Shown here: positions 33,491 through 44,511 of the stretch, piece by piece
Position numbering within the stretch: the stretch's first letter is position 1
Layout: the number at the start of each line of letters is the position of its first letter
DNA from: Candidatus Atelocyanobacterium thalassae
GTDB lineage: Bacteria > Cyanobacteriota > Cyanobacteriia > Cyanobacteriales > Microcystaceae
NCBI GenBank assembly: GCA_051971635.1
Contig: JBFPLN010000006.1
Coordinates: 74,669 to 138,668, forward strand
Length of the DNA: 64,000 nt
Direction: 5' to 3'
Translations under genes and position numbers: made by a program
The notes under the pieces: generated by a model
What the model was told of the DNA's origin: nothing
What the model saw: the letters and a program-made list of their open reading frames with translations, nothing else
Database searches by the model: none

Positions 33491-35095
33491 ATGTTTACCA
33501 ATAATATTCCCTGGCTAACTGCTCTTATTCTCTTACCTCTAGTTGCTGCCTTCGCTATTCCTATAATCCCAGATAAAGATGGGAAAACCCTTCGCTCATA
33601 TTCGCTAGGTGTAAGCTTATTAAACTTTGGTTTAACTATCATTGCTATATCCAGTGAATATGAATTCGGTAATAGTAATCTTCAACTCTTAGAAAGCTAT
33701 AATTGGATTCCTAATATTGGACTTGGTTGGTCTCTGGGCATTGATGGTTTATCAATGCCTTTAATTGTTCTATCAGGACTTATATCAACTGTCGCATTAC
33801 TAGCATCCTGGAATGTACAAAAAAAACCAAAGCTTTTTTACTTCTTAATGCTAGTGCTATATAGTGCTCAAATTGGTGTTTTTGCGGCACAAGATGTTCT
33901 GCTATTTTTCTTTATGTGGGAGCTAGAACTTGTTCCTGTATATTTATTAATCTCTATATGGGGTGGTAAACAAAGATTATATGCAGCTACAAAATTTATC
34001 TTGTATACTGCTCTTGCTTCTATTGGAATTTTAGTTTCTGCCCTTCTTCTTGCTTTCTATGGTGATAATATCACCTTCAACATGGCAGAGTTAAGTCTGA
34101 AAGAAATACCTGTTTCTTTGCAAGTTGTAATATACGTAGGCTTTTTAATAGCTTATGCAGTTAAATTACCAATTTTTCCTTTCCATACCTGGTTACCAGA
34201 TGCTCATAGTCAAGCTTCTACACCAGTATCAATGATATTGGCTGGTGTTCTTTTAAAAATGGGGGGATATGGGATTATTCGCTTCAACATGGAAATGTTA
34301 CCTAGTGCTCATATTATCTTTGCTCCTTTATTGTTGATTTTGGGAGTTGTGAACGTAGTTTATGGTGCATTTGCAGCATTTGGCCAAACTAACCTTAAAC
34401 GTCGTCTTGCTTATTCTTCTCTATCACATATGGGTTTTGTCCTTATTGGTATATCTTCATTTACTGAAGTGGGTATGAATGGGGCAGTATTCCAAATGGT
34501 TTCACATGGTTTAATCGCTGCAGCTTTATTTTTCTTATGTGGTACTACTTACGAACGTACTCACACCTTGATGATGGACGAAATGGGTGGACTGGCTTTA
34601 AAAATGCCTAAGACCTTTGCTCTATTTACGACTTCAGCTATGGCTTCTTTAGCTTTACCTGGTATGAGTGGATTCGTAGCAGAACTTACTATTTTCTTAG
34701 GAGTTACTGAAAGTGATGCTTATACCGCAACATTTAAAGCTGTAGCTATATTCCTAACAGCAGTAGGCCTAATCTTGACCCCTATTTACTTATTGTCTAT
34801 GCTCAGAGTGGTTTTTTATGGACAAAATAATGAAAAACTAGAATTAGGTAAGTTTAATTTAGATGCTAAGCCACGCGAAATATTTATATCAGCTTGTCTA
34901 ATCCTACCCATTATTATCATGGGTTTATATCCTAAGCTAGCTACAGAAACTTTTGATGCGAAAATTGTAGAAGTTAATTCTAAAGTCCGTTCTGTTCTGC
35001 CAATGGCTGTACAAGAAGCCAAGTTATATTATCATCAAGATAATGTGGCTAAACAATTACTTCCCGCAGTATTCATTAGCACTAAGATTAACTAA
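33491..35095 (+). CDS. ndhD: NAD(P)H-quinone oxidoreductase subunit 4 (NdhD, NdhD2-like)
   Basis: [45 protein letters not shown] segment resembles NdhD2 rather than NdhD1. Confidence 0.95.
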   Translation: MFTNNIPWLTALILLPLVAAFAIPIIPDKDGKTLRSYSLGVSLLNFGLTIIAISSEYEFGNSNLQLLESYNWIPNIGLGWSLGIDGLSMPLIVLSGLISTVALLASWNVQKKPKLFYFLMLVLYSAQIGVFAAQDVLLFFFMWELELVPVYLLISIWGGKQRLYAATKFILYTALASIGILVSALLLAFYGDNITFNMAELSLKEIPVSLQVVIYVGFLIAYAVKLPIFPFHTWLPDAHSQASTPVSMILAGVLLKMGGYGIIRFNMEMLPSAHIIFAPLLLILGVVNVVYGAFAAFGQTNLKRRLAYSSLSHMGFVLIGISSFTEVGMNGAVFQMVSHGLIAAALFFLCGTTYERTHTLMMDEMGGLALKMPKTFALFTTSAMASLALPGMSGFVAELTIFLGVTESDAYTATFKAVAIFLTAVGLILTPIYLLSMLRVVFYGQNNEKLELGKFNLDAKPREIFISACLILPIIIMGLYPKLATETFDAKIVEVNSKVRSVLPMAVQEAKLYYHQDNVAKQLLPAVFISTKIN

Positions 35096-35104
35096 TTACG
35101 TAAC

Positions 35105-35181
35105 AATCTATTTTCTATAATTTAAGGGGGTGAAACTATTACTACAGTAGTTTCACCCCCTTAAATTATAGAAAATAGATT
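35105..35181 (+). terminator. 34-bp-arm perfect inverted repeat downstream of ndhD
   Basis: AATCTATTTTCTATAATTTAAGGGGGTGAAACTA-N9-TAGTTTCACCCCCTTAAATTATAGAAAATAGATT. Confidence 0.85.
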
Positions 35182-35381
35182 ATAAAAGACTTTCATTAGT
35201 CAAGAGTTAAAAATAAAAATATATTTTAAGACTTAAAATTTAAGAAAAAATAATTAAGGTTACTTAACAAAAATTATATATCTCTCGATATATAATTTAA
35301 CTTGAGATTCTCTTGTAAAATTAGAGTTGTTTTTTTACTTGATAAGCTTTTCCCTATGAATACAACTAAAATACGTTCCTA

Positions 35382-35858
35382 ATGACTAAAATAATCTCAA
35401 TAAAACACGATGATATAGTTAATTTAGATGTTAGTGTTATCACTGATATCATTGAGCCAAAATTAAAAGAAGAGAAGATCATATCACTTGAACAGGCTTT
35501 AACGTTTAATATTGAATATCCCCAGCCTTCTAATGATCCTAGGGAATTGTCAGAAATTTCTGAAATTCGTTTATGGTTTATTCGTATAGATGGTATCTAT
35601 CCATGGATACCTTTCTTGCTAGACCCCAAAAAAGGAGAATTAGCAAGATATACAGCGATGCTGGTTCCTCATCAATTCAATAGAATAAATGGTATTCAAT
35701 ATAATTCTGAAGCACTAGAAATATTTGTGATGCATAAACTATTTATCATATCTGATTGGCTTAAAAAACAAAAAATTTACTCTACTTTTCGTTTAAAGAA
35801 TATGGCTCAATTACTAGGATATGATATTGACGATAATTTTATAAAAAAGATTAATTGA
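35382..35858 (+). CDS. CRR6-family NdhI maturation factor (DUF1817)
   Basis: DPRELSEISEIRLWFIRID..YPW, ELARYTAMLVPHQF, EALEIFVMHK. Confidence 0.92.
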   Translation: MTKIISIKHDDIVNLDVSVITDIIEPKLKEEKIISLEQALTFNIEYPQPSNDPRELSEISEIRLWFIRIDGIYPWIPFLLDPKKGELARYTAMLVPHQFNRINGIQYNSEALEIFVMHKLFIISDWLKKQKIYSTFRLKNMAQLLGYDIDDNFIKKIN

Positions 35859-35870
35859 TAGAAAAGAACA

Positions 35871-36341
35871 CTACATGATGTCTCCATACGATATTTCCTG
35901 TAGATGTTCTTTCACCGTTTTTTTAGTTACTGGATGTTTCCAATTAGAAGCTATGGTACAGAGAGGTAGTAAAACAAATTTACGTTTTGTCATTTCAGGG
36001 TGTGGTATTTGTAAAGAAGAAGTTTTGATAACAAAATGTTTACATAATAAAATATCTAAGTCTAAAGTTCTTGCACCCCATTTTTTATTTCGAATTCTTC
36101 CAAACTTTTTTTCAATATTCCACAAAACTTCTAATAATCTTTCAGGATTAATTGGTGAATTTAAAATTACACAACAATTATGATAGCTAGGTTGTTTCGG
36201 TCCTATTGGAAACGTTTGATAAAGAGGAGAGTGTAAAGTTAAATCTATATTGGGATATCTAGACAAAAATATTATTACTTTATCCAATATAGCGCATGAA
36301 TTTCCCAGATTACTTCCTAAGGCAACTGCGTATTGAAACAT
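35871..36341 (-). CDS. folK: 2-amino-4-hydroxy-6-hydroxymethyldihydropteridine diphosphokinase
   Basis: ALGSNLG, IEKKFGR, WGARTLDLDIL, IPHP, FVLLPL. Confidence 0.95.
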   Translation of the reverse strand: MFQYAVALGSNLGNSCAILDKVIIFLSRYPNIDLTLHSPLYQTFPIGPKQPSYHNCCVILNSPINPERLLEVLWNIEKKFGRIRNKKWGARTLDLDILLCKHFVIKTSSLQIPHPEMTKRKFVLLPLCTIASNWKHPVTKKTVKEHLQEISYGDIM

Positions 36342-36462
36342 ATATAATTATGTAAATTATTATAGGACTACTTTAGATTATTAAAATACTTGTCTAATCT
36401 TCTGACTTATATAGTTTATTACCCTTGATACCCTTTATGGCTTTAAAAGTTTATTGAAATTA

Positions 36463-39120
36463 TTAAAGTTCAATCTTCTTTTTTGGACTTTTAATTTTTT
36501 CTAAAATGTCCTCTAGTAGGGTGTAGAGAACTGGTACCACAATAAGGCTCAATGCAGAAGAAGTAAACAATCCTCCCAAAATAGCTACAGCCATTGGCTG
36601 CCTTAATTCAGCTCCAGCACCTAATCCAATTGCAATTGGTAACATTCCTAAAATACTTGACGCGGTAGTCATTATTATTGGACGTAATCTAACTTCTCCC
36701 GTTTTCAAAATAGCATCATGACGATTCATGCCTTGTTCTCTAAGTTGATTGGTATAGTCCATCAAGAGGATCGCATTTTTATCTAAGAGTCCTAATAGAA
36801 ATATTAGCCCGATTAATGAAATCATTCCAAAATCATTTTGGGTAATCAATAGAGAAAACATTGCTCCAACTATTGATAAAGGTAAAGATAAAAATACCAC
36901 AAAAGATTCTAAGAAACGTCCAAAAGTCAAGTACAGGATGACCATCATACATGCAATAGCAAAAAATAAAGTAATAGCAAATTCTTTAAAGATACTAAGT
37001 ACTTGAGCAGATGCTCCTTGAACTTCGAAATTAACATCTTCAGGTAAAAGTTTTGTCGTTATCTCTCTTACTTGTTTAGTAGTATCTCCTAATCCTACAC
37101 CTTCAAATAAATTGGCACTTAAATATACAACTCTAGTTTTTTGAAAGTGTTCAATTAGAGAATTATGACCATTAATTGATGATAGTTTAATATCTGCTAA
37201 ACCTGGTACGTTGTCTAGACTCCTTTTTAAATCTTGGGCTGTTTTCTCAAGACTTGTCAAATTATCACTTAATAATGCTATTTTTAAAGGACTATCATCA
37301 CCAGTTTCAATAAATAAAATATCTTCTACACTTATACTTCCTCCTCTTAAAGTTGGAAATTTCTTTCTAAGTTCATTTTGGACTTGACTAGTACTTAAGA
37401 ATCTATCCTCTTTAAGCCTAACGTATATCTTTCCCTTAAGAGGATTACCCTGATAGCCAGCAATACTGTAAACTGACAAAACGTTAGGATTTTCTAAAAT
37501 AATGCCTTCTAATTTACTAGCAATACGATAATTCTTCCGTAGTAAAAAACGTTCAGGAGACTGAGAAAAATCTTGAAACAAAGAAACATCTCCGTTATCT
37601 GAGGTGTTACTATGGGCTATTTGTAAACGTTTAGGAATTTTAGGAGATGGTAGATTGTAAATTACATTAAATTCTCCTCGATCTAGTTTTGGGATAAAGC
37701 CTTGAGGAATGAACGGAATTAATGCAATTCCAATTAAAAAACTGATAAGAGCAACACCAATAACTATCTTTCTGTTACATAAAGACCAGTTTAAGAGTCG
37801 ACGATATTTTTGAGCAAGGAAAAATGGCTTTTTATTATTATCTAACGATTTTTTTGTTGGTTTAATCCAATATATTGCCAGAACAGGCGATAAAGTACGA
37901 GCTACTAGTAAAGAAATTAAAACAGCTGCGGAGATAGTAATACCAAAAGGCTTAAAAAATTGTCCTAGACTCCCTCCAATAAACGCAATGGGAAGAAAAA
38001 CAGCAGCTAAAGTTAATGTCGAAGATATAACTGTTAGTCCAATTTCATCAGTACCTTTTATTGCTGCTTCACGTGGACTCATGCCGTTATCAATATGGCG
38101 AGTTATATTTTCTACATCTACAATTGCATCATCAACGATAATACCTATAACAAGAGCTAATCCTAATAAAGTAATTGTTTCTAAATTAAATTTAGCCATA
38201 GCTATAATAATAAAAGTTCCCATTAATGACATAGGAATAGCCAAGGCAGTAATTAAAGTTGCTGGAATATTACGTAAACAAAAAAATATAACTAAAACCG
38301 CTAATATAATAGCTCCCATCAATGCTTCTAATGTTGCTTGACTAGCTTCTTCAATATAGTTAGCTTGATTTTCAGCAATGGTTAATCGAATATTAGGTAA
38401 AGTTTCACTTAAATTAGTCACTTCTGTGTGAACAGCTGCAGCAACATCTAAAATATTACTATCAGCAGTCTTAATTACCTGAACTGCTAGGATATCTTCT
38501 TGGTTAAATCTAGTTAAAGTTGATGGTTCTGAATTCAGTTCATTGGCTGTCCTGTCTTGAATAAAACCATCTCCTAATAGCGAAACTCTTTTAACTCCTG
38601 ATAAAGATTTAAGAGAGGGAATAATGTTTTCTTTGGCTATAGATATTAAATTTTCAACCTGTATAGTTTCACTAGATATTGCGTAAGTAACTGCTACAGA
38701 TTCATTTAAATTAATGGCTTTAATTTCTTCTAACACTGCATCAGAAGATAGACTTGCCTGTCCCAATGATTTTTTAACAGCAGAAGCTGATTGCTCTAAA
38801 GTTGTTCCTGCAGGAAAACTAATATTAATTACAGTTTTACCAGGATAAGTAGAAGACATCAGTTCTATATCAGGAATTGAACTTAAAACATTTTCTAAAG
38901 GATTAGTAAGCTGCTCCTCAGTTTCTAAAGTAGTTTCTAGAGGTACATTGCCACTAACAATAATTACAGGAAAAGAAATTTCAGGAAATAAGGCGTATTT
39001 TAGAGAACTAAAGGCGAATATACCTGACACAGCGATAGTAATAGCTACAAACAAGGTGACTTTTGTATATTTAATTGCTATACGGGAAATATTTAGGTAT
39101 TCTCGCCAAGATTTTTTCAT
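36463..39120 (-). CDS. RND (AcrB-family) efflux permease, short form
   Basis: GIIVDDAIVDVENI, KNAILL, RLRPIIMTT, PMAVAILGG; 885 aa. Confidence 0.9.
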   Translation of the reverse strand: MKKSWREYLNISRIAIKYTKVTLFVAITIAVSGIFAFSSLKYALFPEISFPVIIVSGNVPLETTLETEEQLTNPLENVLSSIPDIELMSSTYPGKTVINISFPAGTTLEQSASAVKKSLGQASLSSDAVLEEIKAINLNESVAVTYAISSETIQVENLISIAKENIIPSLKSLSGVKRVSLLGDGFIQDRTANELNSEPSTLTRFNQEDILAVQVIKTADSNILDVAAAVHTEVTNLSETLPNIRLTIAENQANYIEEASQATLEALMGAIILAVLVIFFCLRNIPATLITALAIPMSLMGTFIIIAMAKFNLETITLLGLALVIGIIVDDAIVDVENITRHIDNGMSPREAAIKGTDEIGLTVISSTLTLAAVFLPIAFIGGSLGQFFKPFGITISAAVLISLLVARTLSPVLAIYWIKPTKKSLDNNKKPFFLAQKYRRLLNWSLCNRKIVIGVALISFLIGIALIPFIPQGFIPKLDRGEFNVIYNLPSPKIPKRLQIAHSNTSDNGDVSLFQDFSQSPERFLLRKNYRIASKLEGIILENPNVLSVYSIAGYQGNPLKGKIYVRLKEDRFLSTSQVQNELRKKFPTLRGGSISVEDILFIETGDDSPLKIALLSDNLTSLEKTAQDLKRSLDNVPGLADIKLSSINGHNSLIEHFQKTRVVYLSANLFEGVGLGDTTKQVREITTKLLPEDVNFEVQGASAQVLSIFKEFAITLFFAIACMMVILYLTFGRFLESFVVFLSLPLSIVGAMFSLLITQNDFGMISLIGLIFLLGLLDKNAILLMDYTNQLREQGMNRHDAILKTGEVRLRPIIMTTASSILGMLPIAIGLGAGAELRQPMAVAILGGLFTSSALSLIVVPVLYTLLEDILEKIKSPKKKIEL

Positions 39121-39279
39121 AAAAATTCGTACCTTTTTACACCATTTACATAATTAATACGTAGTTAAATAATCATTTAAAAACAAGACTTTAACAAAGT
39201 ATTGAAACTTTCACTTCTACTAACAATACCTTTATAGTATCTTTTGACAGTACTAGTATCTTTTGTGTTACCTAAAATT

Positions 39280-39618
39280 TCAACTTCCAAAAAGAATGTT
39301 ATCAAAAACAGCTTCGAAACAAGTTTCTCCAAATTTAGTTAGAGTTTGCCTAGCTTTACCATCTTTAGCACGATATTTATTATAAAGTGCAGAAAACGCT
39401 TGACTAGAATATTTTTTCTTTAACGAGCGAACAGTACAACTACATCCTTTTCTGGCTTCACTATCATTTAGTCCAGTTTTTTTGGCTTCAGGAACACATG
39501 CTTGATTATAAAATTGTGTGAATGGATCAGCAGCGTTTACATTAGAGGAGACAAGTATTGTACTTAATCCTAGAAAGTAACACACCACATTTGTTAATAA
39601 TTTCTGATTTATATTCAT
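39280..39618 (-). CDS. Small secreted hypothetical protein with Cys pattern C...CSC...C
   Basis: Signal-peptide-like N-terminus ending VNA-A; likely start at ATG 39618 (ORF track 39663). Confidence 0.65.
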   Translation of the reverse strand: MNINQKLLTNVVCYFLGLSTILVSSNVNAADPFTQFYNQACVPEAKKTGLNDSEARKGCSCTVRSLKKKYSSQAFSALYNKYRAKDGKARQTLTKFGETCFEAVFDNILFGS

Positions 39619-39826
39619 GTTATGTATAAAGGCATCACAAAACGATAGATTAATACGTTGCATCTTTGCTTTGCAGTCTATTGTGTAATGTTATGATAAT
39701 AACAATAACATTATACTAGCTATTTCTACTGTACAACTTGTCTTGACAAAGAAAATGTAGTTTAAGGTTCTTAAGAAAAATTTGAGATTTATATATTATT
39801 AATTTCTGTTTTTATTCAATAATTTT

Positions 39827-39835
39827 TGCTATAGT
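39827..39835 (+). promoter_or_regulatory. Candidate extended -10 promoter for tRNA-Cys
   Basis: TGcTATAGT ending 13 nt before the tRNA 5' end. Confidence 0.4.
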
Positions 39836-39848
39836 ATAAATATTGTTC

Positions 39849-39919
39849 GGCGGCATCGCCAAGTGGTAAGGCAGAGGTCTGCAAAATCTTTATCCCCAGT
39901 TCGAATCTGGGTGCCGCCT
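39849..39919 (+). tRNA. trnC: tRNA-Cys(GCA), CCA not encoded
   Basis: GGCGGCA/TGCCGCC acceptor stem, D-arm GCC-AAGTGGTAA-GGC, anticodon GCA at 39881-39883, T-arm CCCAG-TTCGAAT-CTGGG, U73 discriminator. Confidence 0.97.
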
Positions 39920-39940
39920 TGTATTATTAGTCTATGGATT

Positions 39941-39969
39941 TTTCACTCAATTTACTGTGATGAGTGAAA
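39941..39969. terminator. 9-bp-arm hairpin between tRNA-Cys and convergent cysH
   Basis: TTTCACTCA-N11-TGAGTGAAA. Confidence 0.5.
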
Positions 39970-40092
39970 CTTTGTAAATTAAATAAGTTATGTATAATTG
40001 ACAGTTGTTTATCAATAAAGTTATTACTTTATTGCATGTTTTGAAAATATGAATTTAGTATCTAATTTTTTAGATGATGTAACCCTTAACTT

Positions 40093-40923
40093 TTAGAGAT
40101 TACTAGAATCTAAACTTTCGGCCACCTCTGGGGAAAGAGGCAAGTGTAAACCGCATTCTTGTTTTAATCCGTGAAAACGAGTATCTCGTTCGTTGTTATC
40201 ATTAGCTTGCATTGGACGACTTGAATGCCAATCTCCTACACTGACATATCCTTTATCAAAATAAGGATGGTAGGGAAGGTCATTGGCAGTTAAGTAATTA
40301 TAAACATCACGAGAATCCCAATTTAAGATAGGGTATATTTTATACTGTTGCTCTTGTAAAACAATCTTTTCTAGAGATTTTCGATGTTCTGTTTGCTGAC
40401 GACGCAAACCAGCTAACCAAGCTGTAGAATTAAGTTCTTTTAGAGCTCTTTGCATTGGCTCAACTTTACGCATAAGATCATAGCGATTTAGAGAATCAAT
40501 ATCTTGGTGTTCCCATAACTTACCATGAAGAGCTTCCATTCTTGCTGGGGTAAGAAAAGATTGGTAAACTTTTAGGTTTAAATTAAGACGTTCAGTCAAT
40601 TCTTGAGCGAATCGATAGGTTTCTGCTGGTAGATAACCAGTATCTACCCAAATAACTGAAATATTCGGAACTACTCTGGTAGCTAAATGTAACATTACTG
40701 CAGCTTGAATACCGAAGCTTGTGCTGATAACTAATCCGTCACCAAAAGTTTCTGCTGCCCACTCTATAATTTTTTGAGCACTAGCATTCTTTAGCTTATG
40801 TTTTACTTCTTCTAAAGATAAATCAGGTCTAACAATTTCTTGAACATCTTTATTACGAAAATGTTTAGAAACTTGTTGATTATCTAGATAAGTATTTACA
40901 GAACGAAAATCTGATTTGGACAT
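40093..40923 (-). CDS. cysH: Phosphoadenosine phosphosulfate (PAPS) reductase
   Basis: STSFG, DTGY, RKVEP, GLRRQQ, GYVSVG, ECGLH; lacks the CC/CxxC Fe-S ligands of APS reductases. Confidence 0.95.
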   Translation of the reverse strand: MSKSDFRSVNTYLDNQQVSKHFRNKDVQEIVRPDLSLEEVKHKLKNASAQKIIEWAAETFGDGLVISTSFGIQAAVMLHLATRVVPNISVIWVDTGYLPAETYRFAQELTERLNLNLKVYQSFLTPARMEALHGKLWEHQDIDSLNRYDLMRKVEPMQRALKELNSTAWLAGLRRQQTEHRKSLEKIVLQEQQYKIYPILNWDSRDVYNYLTANDLPYHPYFDKGYVSVGDWHSSRPMQANDNNERDTRFHGLKQECGLHLPLSPEVAESLDSSNL

Positions 40924-41656
40924 ATGATAATTTTTTTATACATTCAATAATTATGTTTTAGGAAAAGTAACTACAGTATAATACAGAGCTAGGAAGCAAC
41001 AGTTGGAACTCTTCAATTATATCTTGATTGATTTAGAGTAGATATCTTAATTACAATAATAAAGCAGAATTTAATAATTTATGCCGAAAAAAGTTACTAA
41101 CATAACTTTATACAAATATTTATTGACTGCATAAAATGAAAATAATTATCAAGTATATTCTAAATAATTACTAGAAAATGGAAATATTGTATAAATATTA
41201 AAAGCCAAGATTTAAATAAAAAGTCAACAGTAGACATATGAGGAACAAAAACTAGTAGAAATAGCTGATGTTATTCAAATCATTTCAAAAGTAATAACTA
41301 TTTTGCTATCATTTTACAAATGACGAAAAAGTTACTTTAAAATTAATTTTGATAATTACAAAATATCTTGTTCATACTTTACTCTTCATGTAATGAAATT
41401 AATTCCTATGTTAAAGTTTTGTACTTCATAAAGCTTTTCGCGTGACAAAAATTTTCCCCTAATCTATATATCATTTTTTACTAAAAATATAAATATTTGA
41501 ACAATCAAAATTATAAAATAACTTTGAGACTTGATAATTCATAATTGTTCAAGGGAAACATTATGAAGTACTTATAAAAACAAAAATTTTAAATATAATT
41601 ATTTAGAATTTTAAAAAAATTTAGTTTAAGAATTAAACTGGTCATTTTCTTTATTT

Positions 41657-42388
41657 CTATAATTCTTCTCCAGGTTCTAAAATACGTTGAAAGAGATATC
41701 CAGTGCCTCTTGCTGTTAGTATCAATTCAGGATTGCTTGGATCATCTTCTAATTTCGCTCTCAAGCGAGAAATATGAACATCTACTACTCTAGTATCTAC
41801 ATGTCGTTCTGGTGTATATCCCCACACTTCTTGTAGAATTTCTGAGCGGGAAAAAGGTTCGCCAGAACGACTTACTAATAACTCTAATAAACTAAACTCC
41901 ATTCCTGTTAAACGTATACGCTCATCACCTTTATAAACCTGGCGTTTATTAGTATCAATTTTAATAGAGGCAATAGAAATTACTCCAGAATTAGGAATAC
42001 CTGGAGTATTACCTTTCTCTACTCGTCTTAATACAGAACGAATCCTCGCTTCTAATTCTTTTGGTGAGAAAGGCTTAACTACATAATCATCTGCCCCTAG
42101 TTCTAGTCCTGTGATACGATCAGCAACATCTCCTAAAGCTGTTAACATTATGATAGGTATATCTGATTCTTTACGTAATTCCTGACATACTCCATAGCCA
42201 TCTAATTTTGGCATCATTACGTCTAAAACTACTAAGTCAGGTACTGTATTATAAAAAATCTCTAAGGCTTCTTCTCCATCAGCAGCTGTTACAACATCAT
42301 AGCCAATCATAGAGAGACGAGTTTCTAAAATACGACGTATGCTTGCTTCGTCATCAACTACTAGAATTTTCTCTTTGTATGTTTCCAA
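41657..42388 (-). CDS. rpaB: OmpR-family response regulator RpaB (Ycf27)
   Basis: KILVVDDEASIRRILETRLSMIGY, ERHVDTRVVDVHISRLR, ELILTARGTGY; TTG start; divergent from radA. Confidence 0.97.
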   Translation of the reverse strand: METYKEKILVVDDEASIRRILETRLSMIGYDVVTAADGEEALEIFYNTVPDLVVLDVMMPKLDGYGVCQELRKESDIPIIMLTALGDVADRITGLELGADDYVVKPFSPKELEARIRSVLRRVEKGNTPGIPNSGVISIASIKIDTNKRQVYKGDERIRLTGMEFSLLELLVSRSGEPFSRSEILQEVWGYTPERHVDTRVVDVHISRLRAKLEDDPSNPELILTARGTGYLFQRILEPGEEL

Positions 42389-42634
42389 TTTTACTCACAC
42401 TCCCTAATTATTAAGTAAAGTTTCCAGCTTTTATTAAATTAAATAGCTAACTATTAGTTTCAATAAGATTCAGAATATCTTGTTTTTGCTATCCTTACGC
42501 TTAAGTTATTGACTTAGAATATAAGTATAATATAAGCCTAAAAGTAAATATTCTTCCAACACTTTTTATTGTTTTCTCTTTTTTTAAGCTACATTCAATT
42601 TTTTATTTTTTTTCATAATTCTATAAATTAAATT

Positions 42635-44065
42635 ATGGTTAAGAAACGAACAGTGTATATATGCAATGTCTGTGGGACAGAATCTGTTCAATGGTTTGGC
42701 AAGTGCGAATCTTGTCAGACTTACGGAACCTTAGAGGAACGAATTGTTGTAGTATCAAGTTCCTCTGAAAATACTTTGAGAAGAGAGAAAACATCTTATT
42801 CTAGTAAAGAAAATTGTTCCCGAACTATGCCAAAACCAAAAATTTCAAATTGTTTTGATGAAATTATGGAAACCGGGAAGATGCAATTTCAATCCGGATA
42901 TGAAGAATTGGATAGAGTCTTGGGTGGTGGGGTTGTTCCAGGTTCTTTAGTTCTAATTGGTGGTGACCCTGGTATTGGAAAATCAACTTTGTTATTACAA
43001 GTGGCTAATAAACTGGCTCAAAAATTACCTCGGATTTTATATATTTCTGCAGAAGAATCAGCGCAACAGATTAAGCTACGTGCTTCTCGCTTAATGATCT
43101 TAGATACTGAAGAAGCAGATAATAAAAATCTTTTCATCTTATCAGAAACAAATCTGGAAGAGATCCTTGAAGAGCTAGAATCTCTACAGCCACAAGTAGC
43201 TATTATTGATAGTATTCAAACTTTATATCTCGCAACATTAAGTTCAGCCCCTGGCTCTGTTTCTCAAGTTAAGGAGTGTACATCAGTCTTAATGAGATTA
43301 GCAAAGAGAGACAACATTACTTTGTTAATTGTCGGACATGTAACAAAAGAAGGAACTATAGCTGGTCCTCGGGTTTTAGAGCATTTAGTGGATACAGTAT
43401 TATATTTTGAGGGAGATAGATATGCTTCCCATCGCCTATTAAGATCAGTCAAAAATCGTTTTGGTGCTACTCATGAAATTGGTATTTTTGAAATGGTTGA
43501 GAATGGACTAGTAGAAGTCAAGAATCCATCGGAATTATTTATGGGTAATCAAAATGATATTGTACCTGGAACAGCTATTGTTGTTACTTGTGAAGGCACT
43601 CGACCTTTAGTTGTGGAACTACAAGCTCTAATTAGTCCAACTAGTTATCCTTCTCCTCGCCGTTCCACAACAGGAATAGAGTATAGCCGCTTACAGCAAA
43701 TCTTAGCTGTATTAGAGAAAAGAGTAGGAATCCCTTTATCTAAGTTGGATGTATATGTCTCGTCGACAGGAGGTTTGGGCGTTGAAGAACCCGCAGCAGA
43801 TCTAGGTATAGCAATTGCGATTGTTGCTAGCGTTAAGGATAGAATAATTATTCCAAGTACTATACTAATCGGCGAAATAGGTTTGAGCGGGCAAATCCGT
43901 TCGGTACCACAAATCGAATTAAGGTTAAAAGAAGCTGTTAAATTAGGATTTACAAGAGCGATTGTTCCAAATAATAAAAATTATAATTTTAATACTAATT
44001 TAGAGATTATTTCCGTAGGAAAATTGACTGATGCTATTAGTGCTGCTTTTTTATCTCAGGAATAA
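42635..44065 (+). CDS. radA: DNA repair protein RadA/Sms
   Basis: C4 zinc finger, GGDPGIGKST, KNRFG, Lon-like C-terminus. Confidence 0.97.
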   Translation: MVKKRTVYICNVCGTESVQWFGKCESCQTYGTLEERIVVVSSSSENTLRREKTSYSSKENCSRTMPKPKISNCFDEIMETGKMQFQSGYEELDRVLGGGVVPGSLVLIGGDPGIGKSTLLLQVANKLAQKLPRILYISAEESAQQIKLRASRLMILDTEEADNKNLFILSETNLEEILEELESLQPQVAIIDSIQTLYLATLSSAPGSVSQVKECTSVLMRLAKRDNITLLIVGHVTKEGTIAGPRVLEHLVDTVLYFEGDRYASHRLLRSVKNRFGATHEIGIFEMVENGLVEVKNPSELFMGNQNDIVPGTAIVVTCEGTRPLVVELQALISPTSYPSPRRSTTGIEYSRLQQILAVLEKRVGIPLSKLDVYVSSTGGLGVEEPAADLGIAIAIVASVKDRIIIPSTILIGEIGLSGQIRSVPQIELRLKEAVKLGFTRAIVPNNKNYNFNTNLEIISVGKLTDAISAAFLSQE

Positions 44066-44511
44066 AATGCAAAAAATATTGAATTTTTTAAGTAACCCAA
44101 ATATTCTATAAATATCAAAAATTATATTTTGTAGTCTAGTTAAAAAACACTAAACAATAGCTTATTTACTGTTGTAATTAAAAATAATTACATTAAATAA
44201 TTGATATAAAACAGTATAAGAAAAAATTATAGTTGTAATTTTTAAGAGATGATAATTACTAATAAAGTTTTTAAAACAATTAAAATCTTTCTTTTTACTG
44301 TTAGCATAAAAGACGGTCCTATAATTTTTCGAAGTTAAATCAAAACTACAAGTAACTCTATACAATTCAATTTTATTCACATAATAATATTTAAAAATAA
44401 ATTGTTATTTTAATAGTAAGAGATACTATATAATTTCCAACTCTCTTTTAAAAGATTGGGTAAACTAAAGGCAATAGAATAAACTTAAAACGGTTATCTA
44501 ACATATATCTT

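Noticed and set aside
39849..40923. tRNA-Cys as an island integration site, or functional link to cysH
   Set aside because: No integrase or duplicated tRNA 3' end nearby; the genes are convergent and adjacency may be coincidental
44162..44380. 72-aa intergenic ORF on the minus strand
   Set aside because: Composition dominated by AT-rich codons (F, I, N, K, Y), no RBS or motif; likely spurious
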